42,119 nucleotides of DNA from a virus. Lineage: Duplodnaviria > Caudoviricetes. A program made the position numbers and the translations under genes. Shown piece after piece: positions 7,896 to 17,703 of this stretch. Below the pieces are notes generated by a model. It did not search any database, was not told where the DNA came from, and saw only the letters and a program-made list of their open reading frames with translations. The number at the start of each line of letters is the position of its first letter. Position 1 is the stretch's first letter. Location of the stretch: the IMG/VR virus record IMGVR_UViG_3300025018_000046, positions 1 to 42,119 of that record; one strand, given 5' to 3'.

Positions 7896-9071
7896 TTAGG
7901 AGTTCACAACGATTCGGGCGGTGTCCAAATCGGCGATTTGGCGAGCACCCACGGCAAGGTTGATGGTCCCGACGGGGGAGACCGCGAAGCCCGCACGGGT
8001 GGCCACGATGTCTAGCACACCGCCAACCCCGAAGATGGCCGTGCAAAGTCTCGAGAGAATCACGTCACCGCCATTGGTGAGGTTGGCATCCCCGAAGGCC
8101 GCAACCGCGGCCGCAACCGCCGCGTCCCCCGCATATGACAGCGCGTCAACGGTGAGGTCAAACTCAAGCCACACGTCAAGCACCTCAACACGGGTGAAAC
8201 CAAGGGTGTGCTCAACCCCTTCGGTGTCGGTGGCCACGCCGTTGGTTTGACCATAGGACAAGATGCCCGCGGGCTTTGACTCCCAAATGGCTTGAGCAAT
8301 CTCATCATCATCGGCGGCGGGCACGGCGCCATCAAAGACAACGACCTCAAACGACTTGCCCGGCAACCCGTCCGAGTCGGTGAGAAGAGAGGTGTTCTCA
8401 AAGACGGTGATCGCGAGCACGCCGCCGACTTGCGCAACGTCGGCCCGGATTGCGTCAACGGTTGAGGCGCCCGATTGAGCAAGCTCGGTCTCCCGCCGAA
8501 GCCTCAACGCCACGTCGGTCTCAACGTTCTCGCCTTCGGTCGCGTCGGCCGGGTTGGTGACTGAGTTCCAACCCGTGACCGGCGTCACCACCGTGAGTGT
8601 GCCGGCAAGCGCTTGAACGGGGCCGGCGGTCTCGGCTTCAAAGACCTCACCCGCGTTGAGCCCGCCGGAGCTCACGATTTCATTGACGTTGGCAAAGCGT
8701 GCTTCGGGGTTACCAAGCACGCTTGCGATGAGCGAGCCCGCGGCATAAGTGCCCGCGTCAAGGTCCACATCGGCGAAGACCAAAGACTTGGTTTCACCAC
8801 GCCGCCGCGTGCCCGTGATGAGAGCAAGCGCGGTGAGCGCGTCACCGCTCGCGGCTTCGGGGTCAAAGCTATCGTAGGCCGCTTGAGCAAGCTCCCACAC
8901 TTCGCGAAGCTTGCTTGCGAAGATGCCGTTGAGTTGCCCGATGGGTGTGACATCGGACGTATTGAGGGAGGCGCTTATATTCGCGCGCTCTTCGTTCTCA
9001 ATCTCAAGTTTCGTTTCTTCAAGAGTCTTTGAAGAGAAGCCGGTGGGGACGATTCCATAAGGTGCGGGCAT
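7896..9071 (-). CDS. baseplate J/gp47-like protein
   Basis: YGIVPTGF, DPEAASGDALTAL, EAETAGP, ETDVALRLR, IWESKPAGI. Confidence 0.92.
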   Translation of the reverse strand: MPAPYGIVPTGFSSKTLEETKLEIENEERANISASLNTSDVTPIGQLNGIFASKLREVWELAQAAYDSFDPEAASGDALTALALITGTRRRGETKSLVFADVDLDAGTYAAGSLIASVLGNPEARFANVNEIVSSGGLNAGEVFEAETAGPVQALAGTLTVVTPVTGWNSVTNPADATEGENVETDVALRLRRETELAQSGASTVDAIRADVAQVGGVLAITVFENTSLLTDSDGLPGKSFEVVVFDGAVPAADDDEIAQAIWESKPAGILSYGQTNGVATDTEGVEHTLGFTRVEVLDVWLEFDLTVDALSYAGDAAVAAAVAAFGDANLTNGGDVILSRLCTAIFGVGGVLDIVATRAGFAVSPVGTINLAVGARQIADLDTARIVVNS

Positions 9072-9074
9072 GGC

Positions 9075-9476
9075 TTAGACTTCCACGATGAACGGCGCGA
9101 ACTCGGCCGAATCCAAGATTGAGCCATCTTCAAGAATGGCAACGAAGGTGAGGGTGAGGGTGCGCGTGCCCGTGTTGAGCGAGAGCGTCATTGAATCAAC
9201 CCGGTTGATGTCGGTGGTGGTTTCAATCACCTTGCGAAAGAGCGCGCGCAAGAAGTTGAGCCGCGGGCTCTTGATGTAAACTTCTTCAAAGAAGGGGATG
9301 CCCAAGCGCCCATCAAGAAACCATTCTCCCTTGAAGAACTTGAAGCGGTTGCGAAGGTGTTGAGCCGTGCCGGCGGCGCCCGAAAGTAAAGTGAACTGCC
9401 CATTGGTGAGCCTCAAGTCCCCCTCGATGGGGTTCTCGGCGTCCACCCGCTCAACAAGTGCAAGCTCAACACTCAT
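9075..9476 (-). CDS. baseplate wedge / sheath initiator (gp25/gp46-like)
   Basis: GDL...RFKFFKGEWFLDGRLGIPF motif; position before baseplate J. Confidence 0.82.
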   Translation of the reverse strand: MSVELALVERVDAENPIEGDLRLTNGQFTLLSGAAGTAQHLRNRFKFFKGEWFLDGRLGIPFFEEVYIKSPRLNFLRALFRKVIETTTDINRVDSMTLSLNTGTRTLTLTFVAILEDGSILDSAEFAPFIVEV

Positions 9477-9477
9477 C

Positions 9478-10158
9478 TCAAGTCCCCTTCACGTTATCGG
9501 CGCCGGTCACGCCGGGCGTTGGCCCGGTGTAGTTTGTCCCGGGTGCCCAAGTGAGAGGGCCGCCCGCGGTGCCCGGTGGGGTTTGAGCGGCAATCAACGC
9601 GTTGGCCAAGTCTTGAAGTTGAGTCTCAACCCGGTCGGCTCGGGCCATGTATTCGGTGGCGCCTTTGGTGAGCCGGATTTCATCGGGCGTGATTTCGATG
9701 GTGGCGGCGTCGGTGCCTTCGTGCCCGAGTTCCAAGTTGGCCGCGGGAATGGCCGGCACGGTGCTCTTCGTGAATGCGCCGAGCAACGCAACCGCGCCGC
9801 TCAACCCGTGGCGGCGTAGGTCGCCCGAATCGGCCGGCTCTTCTTGCTCCCGCCATACCCCAAGGTCTTGCTCGTTGAAGAGAAGGGTGACGGCATCTCC
9901 CACGTTGATGGGCATCTTGAGAGAGAAGCCACCGGCGCGCGGCCATTGCACGGGCACATCGGGAATGATGGGGAGGTCTTCAAGCACCCGCTCACCATCC
10001 GCGGTGAAGCTCGCGGTGCGAAGTTGGGGCTTGATGTCGATGGTGCCCCGGTCGGCATAGACGCGGTGAACCTTGCCGGGCATGGCCGTATGCACTTCTG
10101 CAAGCTCGGCTTGCATTGCTTGGCGGATGACATCGGCAAGGGTGGGGGTTGAAGGCAT
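9478..10158 (-). CDS. baseplate spike / puncturing protein (Gp138-like)
   Basis: VHTAMPGKV, LPIIPDVPVQWPRAGG, GDAVTLLF, RRHGLSGAV. Confidence 0.85.
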   Translation of the reverse strand: MPSTPTLADVIRQAMQAELAEVHTAMPGKVHRVYADRGTIDIKPQLRTASFTADGERVLEDLPIIPDVPVQWPRAGGFSLKMPINVGDAVTLLFNEQDLGVWREQEEPADSGDLRRHGLSGAVALLGAFTKSTVPAIPAANLELGHEGTDAATIEITPDEIRLTKGATEYMARADRVETQLQDLANALIAAQTPPGTAGGPLTWAPGTNYTGPTPGVTGADNVKGT

Positions 10159-10161
10159 GGT

Positions 10162-11010
10162 CTAGCTCAAAGGGTCGCACTCAATATCAATGAACCAATC
10201 ATCGGCGGCGGTGTCCCCTGTATAGCTTGCTTTGTTGACTCTGAAAAACCCCGAGACCCGTTGAGCCTCAAACTTCACCTTTCGCCCCGGGAATAGGTCG
10301 GGAATCATGAGGCACCGCGCGCGGGCGGTGCCGTCGCTTGATTGAGACGGTGACTCAATGAGCCCGGTGGTGGACTTGAGAAGAACAGCTTGGCCGGCAA
10401 GGGCGGTGCGCCTCGGCAAGACTTGAAGCACCCCGTTTTGAATGGTGACCTCAAGCGCCGCGCTTCTAAAGATTTGCGAAAGCTCGCGCCAAGCGTTGCC
10501 CGAAATGACGGTGCCGTTGGGGAATATCCCGCCCGTTGCACCAAACTCAAGGTCTTGAAGGTCCCGCAAGTTGCCGAGCCCGACGCCCAACGCATCGGCA
10601 AGCGCCTCAACCACGGTCCGAATCCGAGTACCCGGGCCGAAGGTTTTGTTTGCTCTTGCGCGGCGCTGGCGCTTCTCACCGTCACCGCTTGAGATGGTAG
10701 TGATGAGGTCGGCCCCGTCTCTTTCGGTGTGAGCCTCCCGCAAATCTCCCGAGTAGATGAGAGAGCGGCCGGCAAAACCTTCATCGGCGGGCACGCCTTC
10801 GGCGGTGATGTATCCCGCTTCAACCCTCACCCTCACTTCTTCTTTCTCTTCAAGAGCCGCGCGGTTGTCCGGCGAAAGGTTCTTGATTGCGATTTCGGCG
10901 GTGTTGGGCTCGCGGCCTAGGTTCCGAACGATTTTGAAGGTGAGGTCAAGCTTGGTGATTGAGATGTCATCGACGGTGACCCGATAGTCTCTTTGAAAGA
11001 GAGCGGTCAT
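10162..11010 (-). CDS. baseplate hub protein
   Basis: PNTAEIAIKNLS, VEAGY, IYSGD, IQNGVLQ, TGLIESP, YTGDT...W. Confidence 0.85.
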   Translation of the reverse strand: MTALFQRDYRVTVDDISITKLDLTFKIVRNLGREPNTAEIAIKNLSPDNRAALEEKEEVRVRVEAGYITAEGVPADEGFAGRSLIYSGDLREAHTERDGADLITTISSGDGEKRQRRARANKTFGPGTRIRTVVEALADALGVGLGNLRDLQDLEFGATGGIFPNGTVISGNAWRELSQIFRSAALEVTIQNGVLQVLPRRTALAGQAVLLKSTTGLIESPSQSSDGTARARCLMIPDLFPGRKVKFEAQRVSGFFRVNKASYTGDTAADDWFIDIECDPLS

Positions 11011-11012
11011 TG

Positions 11013-11381
11013 CTACACCTCACGCCCAAGCTCGGCGGCGTCGGCATAGGTCAACACGAAGCGTGCGCCAAGCTCTTCAAGACCCGCGTCACGGGCAAAC
11101 GTGGCGAGCGTTGCGGGGTCACTGCCGCCGCCTTGAAGGTCGGCCACAAGAAGCTCACCGACGGGGCGGCGTGGGTCGGTCACCGACCGAATGAAGGGTG
11201 AGTTGGTGACAAGCCGAACGCCCGAAACGATGGGGCTTTCATCTTGGTCGGCGATGTCCACAAACCAGCGGCCGAGCCTTTGGTTGAACTGAAAGAAGAG
11301 CACGAAATCTCGCCCATCAAAAGACGTGCGTTGAACGTAGCTTGAGAGTTCGGTGCTTGTTGGCACCCGAAGGATGGTCAT
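11013..11381 (-). CDS. small baseplate protein
   Basis: MTILRVPT...FQFNQRLGRWFVDIAD...IVSGVRLV; conserved position. Confidence 0.75.
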   Translation of the reverse strand: MTILRVPTSTELSSYVQRTSFDGRDFVLFFQFNQRLGRWFVDIADQDESPIVSGVRLVTNSPFIRSVTDPRRPVGELLVADLQGGGSDPATLATFARDAGLEELGARFVLTYADAAELGREV

Positions 11382-12163
11382 AGCCCCGCCAATCTGTACC
11401 AAAGAGAGCCTCGGCTTGCCTCTTCGTTTGACGCCTCTTCGGTGCTTTGCCCCCCACGCCGGCGCCGGGCTTCGCCGCGCGTTTCTTCGGGCTCGGGAGC
11501 GGCCACCGTTTCAGTGTTCACAATGCGCACTTGCTTCACATCAACTTCAAACTCACCGGCGTTCTTCACGTCTCGGGGTTTGGTGATGCTCTCGATGACA
11601 ACGTTTTCGTAGGTGCGAAGACTGGTCACCAACGTGATGATTGAGCCCGTTGCTTGAAGCGCGCGCAAAACGTTATAGACCGCCGTCACGCGGTCAAACT
11701 CTTTATCAAACTGTAAGACCAGCGCGTCACCGCCGGGGCCGCCGGCGCTTTGAATGCCGGTGAGTTCTTGCCCCTGAAACTTCGGCGGGTTGCCCGGTGT
11801 TCTCACCGCAATGCCCGAACCCCCACCAACCACCCGCGCAACCTCGGGAGGTGAGCCGGAGCTCACAAGCACGGGGTTGCCTTCAAGGCGCCGCGGTGGC
11901 GCGTCGGTGATGAGCGTGACCGCGGACACCTCCCCAATGGCGCCATCGGCAAGACTGCCCGGCGTGGTGATGGGTGTGTTGCTCACCACAAAAGAGAGCC
12001 TCACCTTGTCATTCTCTTTGCGCACGTTGTCTGAAACGTTGCCGCCGTTGTCTTCAACCGCGTGCTCGGTCACGAGCGCCGTTGAAACGTGAGTTTCCGA
12101 AACGCTCACGTCCAAAGTCACGAGACCGACGCGCCCGTTTCGCTCAAATAGAATCTCGGCCAT
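11378..12163 (-). CDS. Dit-like / tail tube initiator baseplate protein
   Basis: LDVSVSETH...VTEHAVEDNG...SDNV; VTSLRTYENVVIESI; follows the tape measure gene. Confidence 0.8.
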   Translation of the reverse strand: MAEILFERNGRVGLVTLDVSVSETHVSTALVTEHAVEDNGGNVSDNVRKENDKVRLSFVVSNTPITTPGSLADGAIGEVSAVTLITDAPPRRLEGNPVLVSSGSPPEVARVVGGGSGIAVRTPGNPPKFQGQELTGIQSAGGPGGDALVLQFDKEFDRVTAVYNVLRALQATGSIITLVTSLRTYENVVIESITKPRDVKNAGEFEVDVKQVRIVNTETVAAPEPEETRGEARRRRGGQSTEEASNEEASRGSLWYRLAGL

Positions 12164-13797
12164 TACTCACCCCCGGATTGAGGCACGAGCGCCGCAAGAG
12201 TTTGGTTGGCTTGCTCCCCCTGAAGTTGGGCAAGAAGCCGGCGCACGCGCGTTTCAACCTCTCGAGCGTCGGCCCCGTTGGCAACGATGGTCAACTCCGT
12301 TTGATTCTCTTGGTTGACGGTCGTTGACCCGCCACCGCCGCCGGGCTCGCGCAACCTTGCGGGAGTTCGGCCGGGAGTTGTCACGGCCGCCGCCGTGGTG
12401 CCCCCTGCCGCCGCCGGCGTTTGAGGGGGCCCGAAGAGCGCCTCTTCGGCGGTGCGCGTTTGAATGCCTTGCTCACGTTGAGCTTGCCGTTGAGCGCGCG
12501 AGAGCGGCACCTCATCGCCGGCTTCATTGATGCGGGTGGTGAGCCCCTCATTGAATCTGATTTGATTGGTGCGCTCCCAAGCCTGCCGCGGGGTCATCCC
12601 GGCATCAATCTCGGCGCGGCTTCGGGAGTTCATCCCTCGAAGAGCCGAAGAGCGGGCTTGAGCCGCGCTTGCTTCTTCCAAAGTTTGAACGCGCGGGGCT
12701 CGGCTCGCGCGCAACTCTTCAAGCCCTTCAAAGCCTCCCGAGAGAAGCGCAATGGTGTCTTCAACGGTGAGCTTGAAACCTTCCCAAGCAAGCGTGAGGT
12801 CTCGGATGCCTTGCGCCGCCGTGCCGACCCCGAAGAGAGAATCAATGAACTCACCGATGACCGAGGGGCCGCCTTCAAAGAGGGTGATGAGGTCATCAAC
12901 AATAAGCACCACGGCGCCAATGGCCACCGCCACCAATACGAAGAGAGCGAGCGGCGCGGCAAACGCGATGAGCATCTTGATTGCGAGAAGACCGGCCGCA
13001 ACGCCGAGAGCCACAAACGCAATCTCAATGACGTGCGTCCCCTCGGTCATTCGGTCAAAGCCGGCCGCCATCTTCGTGAAGAACTGCACAACCTTGTTGA
13101 TGGTCGGCAAGAAGAGAAGAGCGATGGTTGAGCGCACCGAATCAAGCGCGGTGTCAAAGCGGGCCATCTCATCGGTTAGCTCAACCGATGCATCAATCGT
13201 CTCTTGGGAGAGCCCGCCGCCGAGCGCCTCAAACTCTTCTCGAGCGCGGGCAATGCCTTCGGCACCTTGGGTGAACATCGGCAAGAGCTTCTTGCCGCTT
13301 CGGCCCAAGATGGTGAGCGAGAGCGCAACGCGCTCACTCTCATTCTCGGTCTCGGATAGCCCTTGAGCCACATCGGTGAGAAGGGTGTTGCCGTCTTTGA
13401 GTTCCCCGTTGGCGTCGGTGACCGAGACGCCGAGCCGCGCGAAGGTGTCAACCATGGCGGCCGAGCCGCGTGACGCCTCAAACGCGTTGCGCTGCAAGAG
13501 CCCGAGAGATTGAGAGAATGAGTTGCCGTCAACGCCGGCAAGCTCGGCGGCAAAGCGCCAGCTTTGAAGCTCCCCCGTGCTCAAGCCGAGTTGGGTTGAG
13601 GTCTTGTCAAGCTCATCGCCGGTCTCTCGGATTCCGTCAATGAAGCGAGTGAAGCCCCGCACAACGGCCCCGCCGACAAGGGCGGCGCCGAGCTTCTTGA
13701 GTTGGGTGAACATCCCCTCAACGGCGCCGGCGCCCTTGTCTAGTTGAGTCGAGTCAAACTCGATGCCGAAGCGCGCAAGTAGCTCCCGAAGCGGCAT
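12163..13797 (-). CDS. tape measure protein (544 aa)
   Basis: MPLRELLARFGIEFD start, helical Ala/Gly-rich body with TM segments; after the chaperone gene. Confidence 0.9.
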   Translation of the reverse strand: MPLRELLARFGIEFDSTQLDKGAGAVEGMFTQLKKLGAALVGGAVVRGFTRFIDGIRETGDELDKTSTQLGLSTGELQSWRFAAELAGVDGNSFSQSLGLLQRNAFEASRGSAAMVDTFARLGVSVTDANGELKDGNTLLTDVAQGLSETENESERVALSLTILGRSGKKLLPMFTQGAEGIARAREEFEALGGGLSQETIDASVELTDEMARFDTALDSVRSTIALLFLPTINKVVQFFTKMAAGFDRMTEGTHVIEIAFVALGVAAGLLAIKMLIAFAAPLALFVLVAVAIGAVVLIVDDLITLFEGGPSVIGEFIDSLFGVGTAAQGIRDLTLAWEGFKLTVEDTIALLSGGFEGLEELRASRAPRVQTLEEASAAQARSSALRGMNSRSRAEIDAGMTPRQAWERTNQIRFNEGLTTRINEAGDEVPLSRAQRQAQREQGIQTRTAEEALFGPPQTPAAAGGTTAAAVTTPGRTPARLREPGGGGGSTTVNQENQTELTIVANGADAREVETRVRRLLAQLQGEQANQTLAALVPQSGGE

Positions 13798-13800
13798 GCC

Positions 13801-14070
13801 TTAACCCCCTCTCTTTTTGGATTTCGGCATGCTTTCCTTTTGCTTCTTCATTGCCTCTTCTAGTGCATCAAGAACGGAGTGCGCGTCAACCAAGTCATCG
13901 AGAGACCAATGTTGCTCAACCTCTTTGAGAGTCGCGTTGAAGCGCTCCGATGAGACTATTCGCCAGATTGCCCAATCGAGGGTTTCGGGGAGGGTGACCC
14001 CGACGCTGCCTGGCGCTTCACGCTTAGCTTTTGCGCGAAGCTTGTGACCGCGCCGGACCCGGCGAAAAAA
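13801..14070 (-). CDS. -1 frameshift extension of the tail assembly chaperone (gpGT-like)
   Basis: Open -1 frame from slippery site T TTT TTC (14070-14064) to TAA 13803-13801: FFRRVRRGHK...LDWAIWRIVSSERFNATLKEVEQHWSLDDLVDAHSVLDALEE...KRGG. Confidence 0.85.
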   Translation of the reverse strand, partial: FFRRVRRGHKLRAKAKREAPGSVGVTLPETLDWAIWRIVSSERFNATLKEVEQHWSLDDLVDAHSVLDALEEAMKKQKESMPKSKKRGG

Positions 14071-14504
14071 GAGGCATAGTTCACCTTGAAGGCAAAGGCC
14101 AAAACCTTGAACTGTTCATCAAGCTTGCCCGCAAAGTGCAAATCGCACGTTGCTTTCGTGAGCCGAATCCACCCGCCTTCGGGCGTTTCGTATTCCACGC
14201 TCCCGCTCCCGAAGATTGCGTCAACGGTATATTCAAGGTCGGCTTCTTCAAGGTGGTAGGCAAAGGACGCGAGCCCGTCACCCAACGTTGAAATCTCAAC
14301 ATCACCAAGCGTGAGCTCCGATGAATCACCCCCGTTTTTGGTGGCCGCAAGCGCCGACTCCGAAAGCCCTGAAAGGATTTTCGAGAAGGCCGGCCCCGCT
14401 ACTTTGAAGAGCCTCACGAGAAGCTTGCGGGCTTTGCCCGCGGGGAGTTGGGTCACCCGGTAAGTGGTGTCCCCGATTGTCTTGTCTTCGCTCTCAAATC
14501 CCAT
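13956..14504 (-). CDS. tail assembly chaperone (gpG-like)
   Basis: Between tube and tape measure; DLHFAGKLD...KVNYASFF motif. Confidence 0.85.
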   Translation of the reverse strand: MGFESEDKTIGDTTYRVTQLPAGKARKLLVRLFKVAGPAFSKILSGLSESALAATKNGGDSSELTLGDVEISTLGDGLASFAYHLEEADLEYTVDAIFGSGSVEYETPEGGWIRLTKATCDLHFAGKLDEQFKVLAFAFKVNYASFFAGSGAVTSFAQKLSVKRQAASGSPSPKPSIGQSGE

Positions 14505-14532
14505 GGTGTCCCCTTCTTCAAATGTTCAACTC

Positions 14533-14561
14533 GGGGAGGTGGCCGCGGGCGCCACCTCCCC
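14533..14561. promoter_or_regulatory. perfect 11-bp hairpin between tube and chaperone genes
   Basis: ggggaggtggc-cgcgggc-gccacctcccc; no clear U-tract. Confidence 0.55.
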
Positions 14562-14566
14562 ACCCA

Positions 14567-14998
14567 TCACGTGCCGCCGGTGAAGTCTTCAAGCTTCGCG
14601 ATTCGGATTTTCCACTCCCGAGACGTTGCCTCTCGGTCGAACATTGCATCGGGCGTCTTGGCAATCCAGCACGCTTCGGCGGTGTAAATGCTCGTGCCTT
14701 GCCGGTCGCGCACGAGAAACGACCCGACGCCGGCGCCGTTGGGGGTGTTCCGGTCGGTGGCCGCAAGCGCGCTCAAGAGCGCGTTGACATCGGCCGTTTG
14801 CATCAACGAGAGCGTGCACGTTGCGCGCCGGTCGTTGCTCTTGCTTCGCGTGACTTCACCATCGGTGCCGGCCACGTCCGAGAAGGCATCGGTTTCAAAC
14901 TCGATGCGGCAAAACTCACCATCGGCGTATCCACCGGTGATTGGAATGCCGGCCACCGTGATTGACACTTGGTCGGCATCGTAAACTTTGAATCCCAT
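14567..14998 (-). CDS. tail tube protein (DUF3277-like)
   Basis: YDADQVSITVAG..ITGG, GTDGEV, LMQTADVN, REWKI. Confidence 0.88.
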   Translation of the reverse strand: MGFKVYDADQVSITVAGIPITGGYADGEFCRIEFETDAFSDVAGTDGEVTRSKSNDRRATCTLSLMQTADVNALLSALAATDRNTPNGAGVGSFLVRDRQGTSIYTAEACWIAKTPDAMFDREATSREWKIRIAKLEDFTGGT

Positions 14999-15025
14999 AG
15001 TTGAACCTCTTTCGATGTTGAGCGA

Positions 15026-16339
15026 TTAGACGGTGAGCGTGCCGTTGATTTGCACCTTGTGAATCGAGCCGGCGATTCTCGCGGTGAACTTGATGTCGGG
15101 CAGGATGCGCCCGGCACGGTCGGCCGTTGCTACGTTGGCCACTAGCGGCGCGGTGCACGTCGGGGCCGGGTCGTCGGCAATGGCTTGGGGGATGCCTGAA
15201 GTGAGTTGAGCGAGAATCTCGGACCGAAAAAGGTCAACGCTCGCGTCAGTGTAGGGAATCTTGGGGAGGTTCACCATGAGCAAGAAGACCCGCTCACCGA
15301 TGCGCGCATCAAGAAAATCAACGTAGCGGGTCACGTCGATGAACTCACCCGCCGCGGTGACACCCTGCCGCGTGATGTTGCGGCCGGCAACGCGGGTGTA
15401 GGTGTTGCCGTTCTTGCCTTCAATGAAGGCGCGCTCGGCGCTCGTGAGCGAATCCACCGTCAAGCCCGCAAGGGTCTTGAAGGCCCAAGTGGTTGTGCCC
15501 GGGTCGGTGGGCAGCTGCTTACCGAGCCACGCCGCGCCGGCGTTTGAGAGCACCGACCCCGACCAAATCACAAACGTGCGGGCGTAGGCCGCAAGCTGCA
15601 AGATGCTCATCACGTCGGTTGTGAGCGCGCTCTTCGCATCGGCGTCTGAAGTGTTGGCGCCGAAGAGCACCGTTTCAGTCTCGGCCCATGCTGCCGCGGC
15701 AACCACTTCGGCCGAAGAGTTGGAATCGAGCGCGAGCCCATACCAATCACCATCGGCCGCGCGGATGGCGGCAAGGTCGGTTGCAATGCCCGGGTCGGTG
15801 GTGTTGTCTTTGACCTCAAGCTCTCGGCTCACAACCACGTCAAAGAGTTCGCCGGGGTTGTCCGCGTCAAGGTCAAAGTCGGTGGTGTTGTCGGTGGCCG
15901 TCATTGCCAAGGCCGGCGAGATGGCCGCAATGGCGATGAGCAAGCCGTCGATGATGTCGGCCACGGCATCAAGCGCGGCCACGGTGTAGGACGCCGAAGC
16001 CGTCGTGCCGTCGGGGCGCACGAAAGCCATGGTGTAGACAAGGCCTTCGGTCACGTCGGTGGGTGTGAAGGTGAGAGATTGAGTCATGGGCAACGCGCGC
16101 CGCCCAATCTTCACCGAACTCGGCCGGGGCTCTTGAGCGAAGGCGGCGGCCGCGGCGCGGTAGGTCACTTCACCCACCGCAAAGCCCGCGTCAACCATCT
16201 CGGTCAAGTCTGCGAAGGCTTGCGAGCGTCCAGCAAAAACGGTGTGATAGGTCGCGATGAGCGGGACCCCAAAACCGGCGCGGCTCACGGTTGAAGTTTG
16301 CGCGGTGATGTTGACGGTGACGATATCTTCAATGCTCAT
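15026..16339 (-). CDS. contractile tail sheath protein (DUF3383-like)
   Basis: IVTVNIT...GFGVPLI, PGTTTWAFKTLAG, GEFIDV, KIPYTD, AGSIHKVQINGTL. Confidence 0.92.
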   Translation of the reverse strand: MSIEDIVTVNITAQTSTVSRAGFGVPLIATYHTVFAGRSQAFADLTEMVDAGFAVGEVTYRAAAAAFAQEPRPSSVKIGRRALPMTQSLTFTPTDVTEGLVYTMAFVRPDGTTASASYTVAALDAVADIIDGLLIAIAAISPALAMTATDNTTDFDLDADNPGELFDVVVSRELEVKDNTTDPGIATDLAAIRAADGDWYGLALDSNSSAEVVAAAAWAETETVLFGANTSDADAKSALTTDVMSILQLAAYARTFVIWSGSVLSNAGAAWLGKQLPTDPGTTTWAFKTLAGLTVDSLTSAERAFIEGKNGNTYTRVAGRNITRQGVTAAGEFIDVTRYVDFLDARIGERVFLLMVNLPKIPYTDASVDLFRSEILAQLTSGIPQAIADDPAPTCTAPLVANVATADRAGRILPDIKFTARIAGSIHKVQINGTLTV

Positions 16340-16351
16340 GGGGTGCCTCTT

Positions 16352-16942
16352 TTATGGAAGGGTGAGGGTCTTGTTGATTTGGATGCTAACCGGTGTCCCC
16401 GAGATATCGTCAAGAGTGTCACTTGCGATTTCAAGAGAGCCGATGGTCTCAATGGGCTCATCAAGGTCACAAGACGCCACCGCGAAGGATAGGTCAAGAA
16501 CGGCCCTAGCTCTCATTCGGTCATCAATCAAATAGGGCGCGCTCACCGTGGGCAAGCTCTCGATGAGCGCAACGCCGGCGTCCCGCATGATGTCAACAAC
16601 CGAGGGGAACTTGAGGCGCGTGCGGATTCTTTCGGCGTAGAACATTGCCGAGCCGTTCGGCTCTTGAGACATGCTCTCAACCTTCACCGAAATGCGCATG
16701 CGCCGATTCCCCACCACGGCGGGCACCAACTTCAACGGGTCGGTGGGGTCGTTTTGGTATCTGATTTCATCAACGCCGATTTGCTGAAAGCGTGGCGTTG
16801 AAAAGATGACCATGGCTCCCTTGCTCGGGTCCATGAAAGGCCGGTCTTCATCTTCAACGATGGTTTGAAGACCTCCCGAGGCTTTCTCAAAAGTCTTCTT
16901 GAGCGCGTTGCGAAGCGCTTCAAAATCAACCGGCGTGCTCAC
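16352..16942 (-). CDS. neck / tail terminator protein
   Basis: Position upstream of sheath; size and content consistent. Confidence 0.7.
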   Translation of the reverse strand: MSTPVDFEALRNALKKTFEKASGGLQTIVEDEDRPFMDPSKGAMVIFSTPRFQQIGVDEIRYQNDPTDPLKLVPAVVGNRRMRISVKVESMSQEPNGSAMFYAERIRTRLKFPSVVDIMRDAGVALIESLPTVSAPYLIDDRMRARAVLDLSFAVASCDLDEPIETIGSLEIASDTLDDISGTPVSIQINKTLTLP

Positions 16943-17412
16943 TCTTCAACCTCATAAGCAATCGATTGAATCATTTGCGCGGTATCAATGAGAGGCACAT
17001 CACCGGTGCGGTCGTTGAGCGTCTTGCGCGCAAGAGTCGCGGGCGTGAGCTCCGGCGCGATACCTGCCCGAATCGTCTTTTGCATCTCGCTTTGAACGTA
17101 CTCGCCAAGAGTGCCAAGCCCTTGCTTGGGGCTCATCTTGCCTTCAAGAACTTTGGCCGCGATGTTCTTTTGAAGCCGTTTGATGGTTGTCTCTTGCTGG
17201 TCAACCGTTGAGCGAATGAAAGAGCGCTCGGGTACGTTGCCGCCGCCGAACTCGTGCACCGAAGCAATCATCAAGAGCGAAGATTCGCCGTGTTGCTCAT
17301 CGGCCAAGATGCCGACTTTGACAACGGGGGCACTTCGCTTGAGGTTCTCAATGCGTTTGAGAAGAGCCTTCGCGCCGTTGTCTTTGTCCGAAACGTTGTT
17401 TGATGCCGCCAT
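16939..17412 (-). CDS. neck / tail completion protein (virion morphogenesis family)
   Basis: VKVGI, IASVHEFG, PERSFIRST, PLIDTAQMIQSIAYEV. Confidence 0.85.
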   Translation of the reverse strand: MAASNNVSDKDNGAKALLKRIENLKRSAPVVKVGILADEQHGESSLLMIASVHEFGGGNVPERSFIRSTVDQQETTIKRLQKNIAAKVLEGKMSPKQGLGTLGEYVQSEMQKTIRAGIAPELTPATLARKTLNDRTGDVPLIDTAQMIQSIAYEVEE

Positions 17413-17693
17413 CACACAAGCCTTATGCCGGCCGCGGCAAGCTTGCGAAGGTCAATGAGGCGGGTTGAGTACGTGGTTGAGCCGTCCTTTGAGACAAGCC
17501 GGGCTTGTTGACCAAAAGGGGAGACGGCAAGAAGATGGGCGGCGGTGAGTTTGATGCCGGTGTCGGCACGTACCCCCCACAAAGCAACGTCCACTTCAAG
17601 AGCCGCCTCGGCAAGTTTCTCACCAATGAGCGAAGCGCCCGCGGGTGTGAACTCGGGGTGCGACTCAAGAAAGCTTTCAACGCTCACCGCCAT
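17412..17693 (-). CDS. head-tail adaptor (DUF4054-like)
   Basis: FLESHPEF...LTAAHLL...TTYS motif. Confidence 0.78.
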   Translation of the reverse strand: MAVSVESFLESHPEFTPAGASLIGEKLAEAALEVDVALWGVRADTGIKLTAAHLLAVSPFGQQARLVSKDGSTTYSTRLIDLRKLAAAGIRLV

Positions 17694-17703
17694 CTTCTAG
17701 CCC

